Assembly: GCA_020430775.1 (NCBI GenBank) | Contig: JAGQJE010000169.1 | Span: 2,343-66,342, forward strand | Length of the DNA: 64,000 nt | From: Myxococcales bacterium | Lineage (GTDB): Bacteria; Myxococcota_A; Polyangia; Polyangiales; Houyiibacteriaceae | Direction: 5' to 3' | Shown: piece by piece, positions 29,970 to 39,320 of the stretch | Position numbering within the stretch: the first letter of the stretch is position 1 | Layout: every line of letters begins with the position of its first letter | Notes under the pieces: model-generated | Seen by the model: the letters and a program-made list of their open reading frames with translations, nothing else | What the model was told of the DNA's origin: nothing | Database searches by the model: none | Position numbers and translations under genes: made by a program

Positions 29970-31183
29970 TGCGCGGTGCGCGCTCCGAGCGCATGGTAGA
30001 ATCGGAAGTCGTGGATGCAGAGTCGCGGCGGTGGCTGGGGGACGTTCCGGAGGTCGGGTCGCGGCCGCTCACGGACGACGAGCGGGAGCGGATTCGGCGT
30101 TGGACCGCTCCGGACCGGCGCTGGGCGAAGTTCTACCAACGCTTTCTTCGCGCGCTCGGCTTGCTCGAATGCGTCGTCCTTCCCTCGGTGATCTTCCTCC
30201 TGGGGCGCCCCGGTCAGCCTGCGAGGATGCCGTGGGCGCTCGCGACCATGTGCGCGGTGGTGGCGTCGCTCCTGCTCGGCGGGTGGCTCGTGGGGGTCGT
30301 CGAGGTCTTCGTCGGACGCACACGCACCGCGCGCGTCGGATTCGGGGCGCTCACGCTGGGTATGGCGATCGGCGTCCTGCTCTTCGCGTCCTTCGGCGAG
30401 CGTTGGGTCGGGGTAATGGCCCTCAGCGGTCTCGCCGGCACGGTGGGCGGGATGACCGTGTTGGGGAGCTCCTGGCGTCGACTCGGAGACATCCGCGCCC
30501 GGCACCGCGCGGTCGACGCAGGCCTTGCGCGCGGTGAGGCGGCACGCTTCGTCGGTCGGGATACGAGCCTCGCTGATGGTCACGAGACCCCGCCCTCGTT
30601 CGACGTCCTCGTCCCGGACGATCCACGACATCCTGTGGGCGTCGCGCTGACAAGGGGCGGCGTGCGTCTGGACCCTCCGACGCTCGCCTTCGTGCCCGTG
30701 GTCGCGTCCAGCGTGAGTCCGCGCGTGGACGCACCGCTTGGGGCGTCCGTCGGCGTTGAAGCCCCGCCCGGCTCGGAGCTTCGGCAGCGCCACCTCACCC
30801 GGGCGGAGCGAGCCGAGCTTCTCGGTCTCGCCCGGCGCACGCTGCGCACCGGGGCGACGAGCGCGCTCGTTCAGCTCTGGATGCTCGCCGTCCTCGTCAA
30901 CATGGTGAACATGCGATTTCCTGTGTCACCACCGGTGCGAATGCGATGGGACCTGCTCGGGGTTGCCACGCTGTGGGCTCTCGCCTGGTTCGCGCGCGCC
31001 GCGCGACAAGCGCACCGTCTGCGGCGGGACGCGGCGAACGGTATTCTCGTTGTCGTCCGGTCGACGAGCACAGGAGGCCTCGAGAACGCGCAACTGCCGT
31101 GCGAGGTGCTGCCGCGGGCGAAGCGGATCTGGACGCTCGGGTGCGTGCCAGCGCCGTGGAGGATCGCTCGGCCGAGACTGTGA
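29969..31183 (+). CDS. hypothetical polytopic membrane protein
   Basis: ATG overlaps the kinase stop (TGATG). At least 4 hydrophobic segments in the N-terminal half and 2 near the C-terminus. No motif recognised. Confidence 0.55.
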   Translation: MRGARSERMVESEVVDAESRRWLGDVPEVGSRPLTDDERERIRRWTAPDRRWAKFYQRFLRALGLLECVVLPSVIFLLGRPGQPARMPWALATMCAVVASLLLGGWLVGVVEVFVGRTRTARVGFGALTLGMAIGVLLFASFGERWVGVMALSGLAGTVGGMTVLGSSWRRLGDIRARHRAVDAGLARGEAARFVGRDTSLADGHETPPSFDVLVPDDPRHPVGVALTRGGVRLDPPTLAFVPVVASSVSPRVDAPLGASVGVEAPPGSELRQRHLTRAERAELLGLARRTLRTGATSALVQLWMLAVLVNMVNMRFPVSPPVRMRWDLLGVATLWALAWFARAARQAHRLRRDAANGILVVVRSTSTGGLENAQLPCEVLPRAKRIWTLGCVPAPWRIARPRL

Positions 31184-31286
31184 CCTCTCGGTGCCGTCGC
31201 GGCGTCGCCTCGCGCGGACGGGGTGATCGGACGCGCGTCACTCGGCGAGGCCCTTGCCGGTGCGCGAGGTGGGGCATACTGGCCGC

Positions 31287-32897
31287 ATGGCCAAGAGCAC
31301 CCGTACACACGCCGCCAAGCTCAAGACCCGCCTCGCGGTCCCGGAGGACGTCCCGGCGCTCGTCGAGATGACCGACCGCGCCTATGGCCCCGGTCTAGGC
31401 TACTCCGCCGAGATGCTGCTGGCGCAGCAGACGCACTTTCCGGAGGGGCAGTTCGTCGTCGAGTACGAGGGGAAGGTGGCCGGCCACTGCGCCACCTTCC
31501 GCGTCGACGAGGCGGCCGCGCTCGCCCCGCACACCTGGACGGAGATCACGGCGGGCGGGCTCCTCTCCCGGCACAGGCCCGACGGGAACTGGCTGTACGG
31601 CGCCGGGGTCTGCGTGCACCCGGACTTCCGCCGGATGCGCATCGGGCAGCGGCTTTACGCCGCCCGCAAGCGCCTGTGCACCGACCTCAAGCTCCGCGGC
31701 ATCGTCTTCGGGGGGCGCATCCCCGGGCTCGCGAAGAACTTCTCGCGCTACGAGAGCGTCGAGGCATATGTGCAGGCCGTGGTCGACGGCAAGCGCCGCG
31801 ATCCGACGCTCAGCTTCCACCTGAGCAGCGAGTTCGAGCCGGTCGGCGTGCTGCCGGGGTATGACCCGAACGACCACGAGTCGCTCGGCTACGCCGTGCA
31901 CCTCGTGTGGCGAAACCCGCGCCTGCTCGACCAGCCCGACATGCCGCCGATCGCCTCGCAGCAGCGCCTGCCCGACTCGGTCCGGGTCGCCTCGGTGCAG
32001 TACCGCCAGCGGCGGGTCGAGTCGTTCGACGAGTTCGCGACGCAGGTCGAGTACTTCACGGACATCGCCGCGGACTATAACGCGGACTTCGTCACCTTCC
32101 CCGAGATGCTGACGCTGCAGCTCTTGTCGATCGAGAACATCGAGCTGTCGCCGGTCGAGGCGATCCACAAGCTGAGCCACTACACCCCGCACGTGCAGGA
32201 ACTCTTCTCGCGGCTCGCGGTCAGCTACAACATCAACATCATCGGCGGGACCCACCCGACGATCCAGAGCAACGGCGACATCCACAACGTGTGTTACGTC
32301 TGCCTGCGCGACGGCTCGATGTACGAGCGGGAGAAGCTGCACCCGACCCCGAGCGAGCGCACCGTGTGGAACATCACCGGGGGGGACTCGGCCGCCACGA
32401 TCCAGACCGACTGCGGTCCGATCGGCGTGATGATCTGCTACGACAGCGAGTTCGCCGAGGTCGCCCGCCACCTGACCGACCAGGGCGCGCTGATGATCTT
32501 CGTGCCGTTCTGCACGGACGTGCGGGAGGGCTACCTCCGCGTGCGCTCGTGCTCGCAGGCGCGCGCGATCGAGAACCAGTGCTACGTCATCCTGTCCGGC
32601 AACGTCGGCAACCTCCCCGGCGTGAACAACTTCGACATCCAGTACGCCCAGAGCTGCATCCTCACGCCGATCGACTTCCCCTTCGCGCGCGACGGCGTGG
32701 CGGCCGAGTGCACGCCGAACATCGAGACGGTGCTCTTCGCGGACCTGCGCCTCGAGAGCCTCGCGAAGGCGCGCAACGCCGGCGCGGTGCAAAACCTCAA
32801 GGACCGGCGCTTCGACCTCTATGAGACGAGCTGGCGTCGCAAGCCGAACGGAGCGACCGCGTCTTCGACTGGGCTAGTGCGGAGTCCCAAGTCATAG
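31287..32897 (+). CDS. GNAT acetyltransferase fused to a carbon-nitrogen hydrolase (nitrilase superfamily) domain
   Basis: The N-terminal GNAT has VHPDFRRMRIGQRLY. The C-terminal CN-hydrolase has FPE (Glu), EREKLHPT (Lys) and VMICYDSEF (Cys). Confidence 0.8.
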   Translation: MAKSTRTHAAKLKTRLAVPEDVPALVEMTDRAYGPGLGYSAEMLLAQQTHFPEGQFVVEYEGKVAGHCATFRVDEAAALAPHTWTEITAGGLLSRHRPDGNWLYGAGVCVHPDFRRMRIGQRLYAARKRLCTDLKLRGIVFGGRIPGLAKNFSRYESVEAYVQAVVDGKRRDPTLSFHLSSEFEPVGVLPGYDPNDHESLGYAVHLVWRNPRLLDQPDMPPIASQQRLPDSVRVASVQYRQRRVESFDEFATQVEYFTDIAADYNADFVTFPEMLTLQLLSIENIELSPVEAIHKLSHYTPHVQELFSRLAVSYNINIIGGTHPTIQSNGDIHNVCYVCLRDGSMYEREKLHPTPSERTVWNITGGDSAATIQTDCGPIGVMICYDSEFAEVARHLTDQGALMIFVPFCTDVREGYLRVRSCSQARAIENQCYVILSGNVGNLPGVNNFDIQYAQSCILTPIDFPFARDGVAAECTPNIETVLFADLRLESLAKARNAGAVQNLKDRRFDLYETSWRRKPNGATASSTGLVRSPKS

Positions 32898-32904
32898 CGG
32901 CCGC

Positions 32905-35900
32905 TCAAGGTGCCGCTTTGGGCTCGGATGCTTCCGGCGCGAGCGGCCCACGTCCTTTCCATATCGCGAAGAGCGCCGGGTAGACCAGCAGCTCGAGCAG
33001 GAACGAGGTCGCAAGGCCGCCGACCATCGGCGCCGCCACGCGCTTCATCATGTCGGCGCCGGTCCCGGTGCTCCAGAGGATGGGCGTGAGGCCGATCATC
33101 GCCGTGAGCACGGTCATGAGCTTCGGGCGGATGCGGTGCGCCGCGCCCTCGACGATCGCCTCGCGCAGGTCCGAAAAGCGCGAGAGCGTGCCCGCGGCCT
33201 GGCGCCTGCGGTGGGCGATCGTCAGGTAGAGGAGCATCACGACGCCCGTCTCCGCGTCGAGGCCCGCGAGCGCGATCATCCCGACCCAGACCGCGACGCT
33301 CAGGTGGTAGTCGAGCAGGTAGAGCAGCCAGACCGCGCCGATGAGCGAGAAGGGCACGGCGAGCATCACGATACCTGTCTCGATGAACGAGCGCGTGTTC
33401 AAGAAGAGCAGGAGCACGACGAGGGCGAGGGTGATCGGGACGACCACTTTGAAGCGCGCCTTCGCCCGCTCGAGGTAGCGGTACTGGCCCGTCCAGGACA
33501 GGCGCGTGCCGGCCGGGAGCTTCACGTGGGCCGAGATCGCGTCCTGCGCCCGCGCGACGTAGTCCGCGACAGGGACCTCGCCCGGGTCGACGAAGACGTA
33601 GCTCACGAGCTGGCCCGCCTCGGTGCGCACCATCGGCGGGCCGTTCCGGAAGCGTACGTCGGCGACGTCTGCGAGCGGCACCTGCGCGCCGGCCGGCGTC
33701 GTGACCAGCACGCGCCGGAGGGCCTCGGGGTCTTCGCGGAAGTCGCGAGCGTAGCGGACCTGTATCGGGTAGCGCTCGCGGCCCTCGACCGTCTCGCCGA
33801 TCGGCAGGCCGCCGATCGCCGTGCGCACGACGTCCTGGATGTCGCGGACGCGCAGCCCGTAGCGAGCCGCCGCCGCGCGATCGATGTCGAGGTCGAGGTA
33901 GAAGCCGCCCGTCGAGCGCTCGGCGAACGCGCTGCGCGTGCCGGGGACGTCGCCGAGCGTCGACTCGATCGAGAGCGCGGCCTCTTCGATGGTCGCGAGA
34001 TCGGGGCCGAAGACCTCGACCGCGACCGGGCTGCGCACGCCCGTCGCGAGCATCTCGGTCCGCGTCTGGATCGGCATCCACCACACGTTCGGCATCCCGG
34101 GGTAGCGGAGCTTCTGGTCGAGCTCGTCGATGAGGTCGTCCCACGTGAGCCCCGGGCGCCACTCGCTCTTCGGCTTCAAGACGATGGTCGTCTCCGCCAT
34201 GCCGATCGGGGCCGAGTCGGTCGGCGTCGTCGAGCGCCCCATCTTGCCGAAGACGCTGACGACCTCGGGGACCTCCTTGATCTTCCGGTCCATCGACTGG
34301 AGCGCGTTGCCGGCGGCGGTCATCGACATGCCCGGCGGCGCGGTCGGCATGTAGAGGATCACCCCCTCGTTCAGCGGCGGCATGAACTCCGTCCCGAGCC
34401 GCGAGAACGCCGGGATGGTGAGCACCATCGCGAGCACGGCGAGCACGACGGTCAGGTAGCGGTGGTGCACGACGAGACGCACGACCGGCGCGTAGATGCG
34501 CACCAGGGCGCGGTTGAGCGGGTTGTGGTGCTCGCCGCGGACGTGACCGCGGATGAGCAGCGCCGCGAGCGCCGGGGTGAGCGTGATCGCGAGCAGCGCC
34601 GCGAAGCCCATCGAGTAGGTCTTCGTGAAGGCGAGCGGCTTGAAGAGGCGCCCCTCCGTCCCCTCGAGCGTGAAGACCGGCAGGAACGAGACGGTGATGA
34701 CGAGGAGCGAGAAGAAGATCGACGGGCCGACCTCGCGCATGGCGGCGACGATCACGTCGACGCGTGAGCCGGGCTTGCCCGCGTCGTCCCATAGCTCGAG
34801 GTCCTTGTGCGTGTTCTCGATGAGGATGATCGCCGCGTCGACCATCGCGCCTATCGCGACCGCGATCCCTCCGAGCGACATGATGTTCGCCGTGAGGCCC
34901 TGATAGAGCATCGGGATGAACGCCATCGCCACCGCGGCGGGGATGGTCACCACGGCGACGAGCGAGCTGCGGACGTGCAAGAGGAAGATGAAGATGATCA
35001 GCGCGACGACCGCCATCTCCTCGATGAGGGTGTCTTTGAGCGTGCCGATCGACTGCTCGATGAGGCCGGAGCGGTCGTAGGTCACCTCGAGCTCGACCCC
35101 GTCCGGCAGGCCCTGGCGGATCTCTGCGAGGCGCGCCTTGACCCGGTGGATGACGTCGAGGGCGTTCTCGCCGTAGCGCATGACGACGATGCCGGCGGCG
35201 ACCTCGCCCTCGCCGTCGAGGTCGGCGAAGCCGCGCCGTGGCGCCGGGCCGACCGACACCTCCGCGACGTCGCGCACGAGGACGGGCGTGCCCTGCTCGG
35301 TCGCCCTCAGCGGCACGAGCTCGAGGTCGTGGACGCTCTTGATGTAGCCGCGGCCGCGGATGATGTGCTCGTGGCCGGCGATCTCGACGGTCCCGCCGCC
35401 CGCGTCCTCGTTCGAGGCGCGGACCGCGTCGGCGACCTCGGTGATCGAGACCCCGTACGCGCGGAGCCGGTCCGGATCGACCTGGATCTGGTACTCCTTG
35501 ACGAAGCCGCCGACCGAGGCGACCTCCGCGACGCCCGGCACGCTCTCGAGCGCGTAGCGGACGTTCCAGTCCTGGAGCGAGCGGAGCTGGGCGAGGTCGT
35601 GCCGGCCGCTGTGGTCGACGAGCGCGTAGCTGAACACCCACCCGACGCCCGTCGCGTCGGGGCCCATCGCGGGCGCGACGCCGTCCGGGAGCTTGTTGCG
35701 GACGCCGTCGAGGTACTCGAGCACGCGGCTGCGCGCCCAGTACAGATCGGTGCTGTCGTCGAAGACGACGTAGACGAACGAGAGCCCGAAATACGACTGG
35801 CCGCGGACTGACTTCACGTGTGGGGCGCTCAGGAGCGCCGCTGAGATCGGGTAGGTGATCTGGTCCTCGACGAGGTCCGGGCTGCGGCCTGGCCACTCGG

Positions 35901-36096
35901 TGAAGACGATCACCTGCACGTCCGAGAGGTCCGGGATCGCGTCGAGGGGGGTGTGCCGGATGGCGAAGATGCCCCACGCGACGCCGGCGAGGACGAAGAG
36001 CATCGTCACGTAGGGGTGGCGCGCGCAGCGCTCGATCACCCACCCGACGAGCCCGCCGCGCGGGTCGCCGCCCGGATGCGGCTCAGTGGTCGTCAT
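32905..36096 (-). CDS. cusA: CusA/CzcA-family heavy-metal efflux RND pump, Cu(I)/Ag(I) type
   Basis: It is collinear by eye with E. coli CusA (LDAIPDLSDVQVIVFTEWPGRSPDLVEDQITYP, DLYWARSRVLEYL, GPDATGVGWVFSYAL). ATG at 36096 overlaps the cusB end. Confidence 0.9.
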   Translation of the reverse strand: MTTTEPHPGGDPRGGLVGWVIERCARHPYVTMLFVLAGVAWGIFAIRHTPLDAIPDLSDVQVIVFTEWPGRSPDLVEDQITYPISAALLSAPHVKSVRGQSYFGLSFVYVVFDDSTDLYWARSRVLEYLDGVRNKLPDGVAPAMGPDATGVGWVFSYALVDHSGRHDLAQLRSLQDWNVRYALESVPGVAEVASVGGFVKEYQIQVDPDRLRAYGVSITEVADAVRASNEDAGGGTVEIAGHEHIIRGRGYIKSVHDLELVPLRATEQGTPVLVRDVAEVSVGPAPRRGFADLDGEGEVAAGIVVMRYGENALDVIHRVKARLAEIRQGLPDGVELEVTYDRSGLIEQSIGTLKDTLIEEMAVVALIIFIFLLHVRSSLVAVVTIPAAVAMAFIPMLYQGLTANIMSLGGIAVAIGAMVDAAIILIENTHKDLELWDDAGKPGSRVDVIVAAMREVGPSIFFSLLVITVSFLPVFTLEGTEGRLFKPLAFTKTYSMGFAALLAITLTPALAALLIRGHVRGEHHNPLNRALVRIYAPVVRLVVHHRYLTVVLAVLAMVLTIPAFSRLGTEFMPPLNEGVILYMPTAPPGMSMTAAGNALQSMDRKIKEVPEVVSVFGKMGRSTTPTDSAPIGMAETTIVLKPKSEWRPGLTWDDLIDELDQKLRYPGMPNVWWMPIQTRTEMLATGVRSPVAVEVFGPDLATIEEAALSIESTLGDVPGTRSAFAERSTGGFYLDLDIDRAAAARYGLRVRDIQDVVRTAIGGLPIGETVEGRERYPIQVRYARDFREDPEALRRVLVTTPAGAQVPLADVADVRFRNGPPMVRTEAGQLVSYVFVDPGEVPVADYVARAQDAISAHVKLPAGTRLSWTGQYRYLERAKARFKVVVPITLALVVLLLFLNTRSFIETGIVMLAVPFSLIGAVWLLYLLDYHLSVAVWVGMIALAGLDAETGVVMLLYLTIAHRRRQAAGTLSRFSDLREAIVEGAAHRIRPKLMTVLTAMIGLTPILWSTGTGADMMKRVAAPMVGGLATSFLLELLVYPALFAIWKGRGPLAPEASEPKAAP

Positions 36097-37594
36097 GGCC
36101 GCTCGCCCAGTAGGTGGTGGCTGACCGCAGGCGGCTCTCCGCTGCGACGAGGAAGGTCCCCGAGGCGACGACGCGTTCGCCGGGCTCGAGTCCGGCGCGC
36201 ACCGCGACCTGGTCGTCGTTGCGCGGCCCGACGGTGATCTCGGTCGGCTCGAGCCGGCCCTCGCCACGGTCGACGAAGACGATCCGCCGCGTGCCAGTGT
36301 AGATCACGGCGTCAACCGGCACCTGGAGCTGCTCGCCGAGGTCGACCTCGAGCGACGCGTTCACGAACATCTCTGTCTTGAGCGCGTGGTCCGGGTTCGG
36401 GAGCGCGATGCGGACCTTCGCCGTGCGCGTGCGCGGGTCGAGGTCCGGGTAGACGTGCTCGATGGTGCCGGACGCGGGCTTCATCTCGCCGCCCGGGAAG
36501 GTCAGCTCGACCCGCTGGCCGACGGCGACGAAGGGGAGATCGCGCTCGAACACCTCCGCTTGCACCCAGATCGGGTCGAGCGGCGCGATGCGGTAGAGCT
36601 GCGCGCCGGCCTTGACGAACGCGCCGTCGACGACCTGCTTCTCGACGACGAAGCCGCTCGAAGGCGCGCGGATCGTCTCGACCTCGCGGGCGCTGCCGCG
36701 GTGGATGACGGCGCGCACCTGTGCGCTCGTCAGCCCAAGCAGGCGCAGGCGCTTGCGCACCGAGTCGACCGCGCTCGCCGTGCCGTCGTCGTGGAAGCGC
36801 TGCTCTCGGTGCGCCGCCGCGAGCAGCTCCTGCTCCGCCGCGAGGAGCTGCGGGCTGTAGAGGTCGAAGAGCTTGTCTCCGCGAGCGATCGGGGCGCCCG
36901 TCTCGTCGGCGTAGAGGCGCTCGATCCAGCCGTCGACGCGGAGGGTCACGTCGCGGAGCTTCGCCTCGTCGTATTGGAGCACGCCGAGCGTGCGGATCGT
37001 CCGGCGCATCGGCGCGCGGACCGCCTCGCTGAAGCGGACGCCGCCGAGCTGCGTGCGGGTCGGTCCGAGCGTCACCGTGCCGGCGTTGGTCGCAGCGTGC
37101 TCGCCCTCGTGGGGCGCCTGCCCGCCGACCGGCGTGAGGGTCATGCCGCAGATCGGGCACTTGCCGGGCTTCGGCTCCCGCACCGAGGGGTGCATCGGGC
37201 AGGTGTAGTAGAGCGGGCTCTCTGCGGGCCCGGGCGACGCCGCGGCGTGGTCCATGGCGGCGTGGTCTGCGTGGTCGGCGTGATCCGTGACGGCGTGGTC
37301 TTCGTGGTCGCCGTGGTCCATGGCGCCGTGGTCCATCGCGCCGTGGTCCATGGCGCCGTGGTCGGCGTGGTCCATTCCGGCGTGGTCGGCGTGGTCCATG
37401 GCGCCCATGCCCGGCATCCCGCCCATGCCGCCGTGGTCGTGACCGCCCATCGCGGCCGGCGGCTTCTCGTGAGGCCCTTCGAACCACTCGAGCAGCGGCC
37501 CGCGGAACCACAGGGCGAGCGCGACGGCAGCGAGCACGATGAGGGCCGGGCCGACGAGCCGGCTCAGGCGCTTCGAGGTCTTGGGGCGGGTCAT
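36083..37594 (-). CDS. cusB: RND periplasmic adaptor (CusB-like) with a His-rich N-terminal region and a CPMH...CPxCGM metal-binding module
   Basis: It has a TM anchor, then (MDH/ADH)n at aa 49-107. Next is YYTCPMHPSVREPKPGKCPICGMTL, then the membrane-fusion-protein barrel/hairpin body. ATG overlaps the cusC stop (ATGA). Confidence 0.85.
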   Translation of the reverse strand: MTRPKTSKRLSRLVGPALIVLAAVALALWFRGPLLEWFEGPHEKPPAAMGGHDHGGMGGMPGMGAMDHADHAGMDHADHGAMDHGAMDHGAMDHGDHEDHAVTDHADHADHAAMDHAAASPGPAESPLYYTCPMHPSVREPKPGKCPICGMTLTPVGGQAPHEGEHAATNAGTVTLGPTRTQLGGVRFSEAVRAPMRRTIRTLGVLQYDEAKLRDVTLRVDGWIERLYADETGAPIARGDKLFDLYSPQLLAAEQELLAAAHREQRFHDDGTASAVDSVRKRLRLLGLTSAQVRAVIHRGSAREVETIRAPSSGFVVEKQVVDGAFVKAGAQLYRIAPLDPIWVQAEVFERDLPFVAVGQRVELTFPGGEMKPASGTIEHVYPDLDPRTRTAKVRIALPNPDHALKTEMFVNASLEVDLGEQLQVPVDAVIYTGTRRIVFVDRGEGRLEPTEITVGPRNDDQVAVRAGLEPGERVVASGTFLVAAESRLRSATTYWASGHDDH

Positions 37595-39045
37595 CGGTTC
37601 ATCTCCTGCCGGGGGCTCGTGTTGGGTGCGGGTGCGAGTGCGGACCCGGGATCGGGATCGGGATCGGAAGCGGACACGGACACGGACTCGGACTGGGACT
37701 CGGACTCAGACTCGAACGCCGCGGCGTCGGTGGCGGCCATCGGGGAGGCGCCGAGGGCTCCGTCGAGCGCCGCGCGCGCGATGTTGACGTCCGCGACCGC
37801 GCGGTAGAGCCCGAGCTCGGTCTCTTCGAGCTCGCGGGCGGCGTCGATCACGGTGTCGAAGTCTTGCTGGCTCGCCTCGTACCCGGCGCGCGCGACGGCG
37901 ACGCGCTCCTTGGCGAGGGGGACGAGCTCGGCGGCGAAGAGGTGCGCGATGTGGTGCGCCTCGCGGAAGCGCACCCGCGCCTCCTTGACCTCGTTCGCGA
38001 CGCGGTCAGCGGTCGCGAGCGCGTCGGCCGCGGCGCGGGCGCGCTCGGCGGCGGCCTCCTCGATGCGTGCGCGATTCGCGCCGATCTGCAGCGGGAGGTT
38101 CAGGCTCACGCCGACCATCCATTGGTGCCGCTTCATCGCCCACATCGAGTCGTAGGTGCCCCGCACCGTGAAGTCGGGAAAGCGCGCTCGCCGCGCGTTC
38201 TCGTGACGCTCCTGCATCGCGCGGACCTGCGCCGCGGCGCCCTTCAGCTCCGGGCGGGCGCGGCGCGCGGCCTCGGTGAGGGTCGCGGTCGAGCTCGTCA
38301 CGAGGATCGGGACGGAGAGGTGCTCCGGTGCGTCTGGCAGCGCCGTGTCCGGCGCCCGATGGAGCAGCTCATTGACCTTGGCGACGACGAGCCGGCGCTC
38401 GGCCCGCAGCATGACCGCCTTGTGCCGCTCGTGGATCAGCGCGAGGCGCGCTTGGAGCGTGTCGTCCCGCGAGCCGGAGCCCGCGACGTAGCGCGCGTGC
38501 GCCGTGTCGACCAGCGCGGTCAGCAGCGCCTGCTGCGCCTGGTTCACCGCGAGCGCGCGCTCGACGTAGAAGTAGCGGTCGAAGAGCGTCGAAGCGAGCA
38601 CCGAGAGCGAGAGGCGGAGCGCGTCGTAGTCGGCGAGGGCGACGTCGGCCTCGAAGCGCGCCGCGGCCGCCGCGAGCCGGCGCTTGCCCGGCCACGGGAG
38701 CTTCTGAGAGACGGTGATCGTCTGGCCGAAGCGCACGGCGTCGGTCGCGATGCTCGCGGGCGCGATCGTGTAGCCGAGCATCGGGTCGTCGAGCGCGTGC
38801 TCTTGGGCAGGCCTCGCCTTGGCGGCGCGGACGGCCTGCCGCGCGGCCTCGACGCTCGGGTTCTCGGCGAGCACGGCGGTGATGAGCGCCTGGCGGTCGA
38901 GGACGCCAGCGCGGTCGAGCGGGGGCCTCGCGGACGGCGGCGGCGTGTCGGCCCGTGCGCTCGCGGGGAGCGACAGGGCGAGCAGCGCGAGCCACGGTGC
39001 GGCGAGGCGCGACGCGAGGACGGGGTGGGGGGCGAGAGGACGCAT
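37591..39045 (-). CDS. cusC: TolC-family outer-membrane efflux protein (CusC-like)
   Basis: It has a signal peptide ending in ASARA and two-repeat TolC-like helices. It lies in an operon with cusBA. The C-terminal ~45 aa (ESESESQSESVSVSASDPDPDPGS...) is encoded by a hexamer array. Confidence 0.8.
   Translation of the reverse strand: MRPLAPHPVLASRLAAPWLALLALSLPASARADTPPPSARPPLDRAGVLDRQALITAVLAENPSVEAARQAVRAAKARPAQEHALDDPMLGYTIAPASIATDAVRFGQTITVSQKLPWPGKRRLAAAAARFEADVALADYDALRLSLSVLASTLFDRYFYVERALAVNQAQQALLTALVDTAHARYVAGSGSRDDTLQARLALIHERHKAVMLRAERRLVVAKVNELLHRAPDTALPDAPEHLSVPILVTSSTATLTEAARRARPELKGAAAQVRAMQERHENARRARFPDFTVRGTYDSMWAMKRHQWMVGVSLNLPLQIGANRARIEEAAAERARAAADALATADRVANEVKEARVRFREAHHIAHLFAAELVPLAKERVAVARAGYEASQQDFDTVIDAARELEETELGLYRAVADVNIARAALDGALGASPMAATDAAAFESESESQSESVSVSASDPDPDPGSALAPAPNTSPRQEMNR
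37624..37716. repeat. Hexanucleotide array inside the 3' end of cusC
   Basis: gggtgcgggtgcgagtgcggacccgggatcgggatcgggatcggaagcggacacggacacggactcggactgggactcggactcagactcg. Confidence 0.8.
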
Positions 39046-39320
39046 GGAAGTAGGCTCTGGTTGGAACAGGAGATCGAGGGCGAGCTCGCGGCCGACGTGG
39101 GGCGCGAGGCCGTAGAACGCGGCGGTCGACCGGGAGCGGTCGTGCGTGCAGCCGCGCGCGGCGGGCGTGAGCGTATCGATTGGACACGCGTACGCAGGAC
39201 GAGCGGCGATGCTCGTTCAGCGGATCAACGGCTCAGGGCGTGCGCAAGACGCAGCGGCGGAGCACGACGCGGCGGTGCCTGGTCGGGCCGCGAGGCGGAC
39301 GGGACCAGGGCGGGGTCGGC

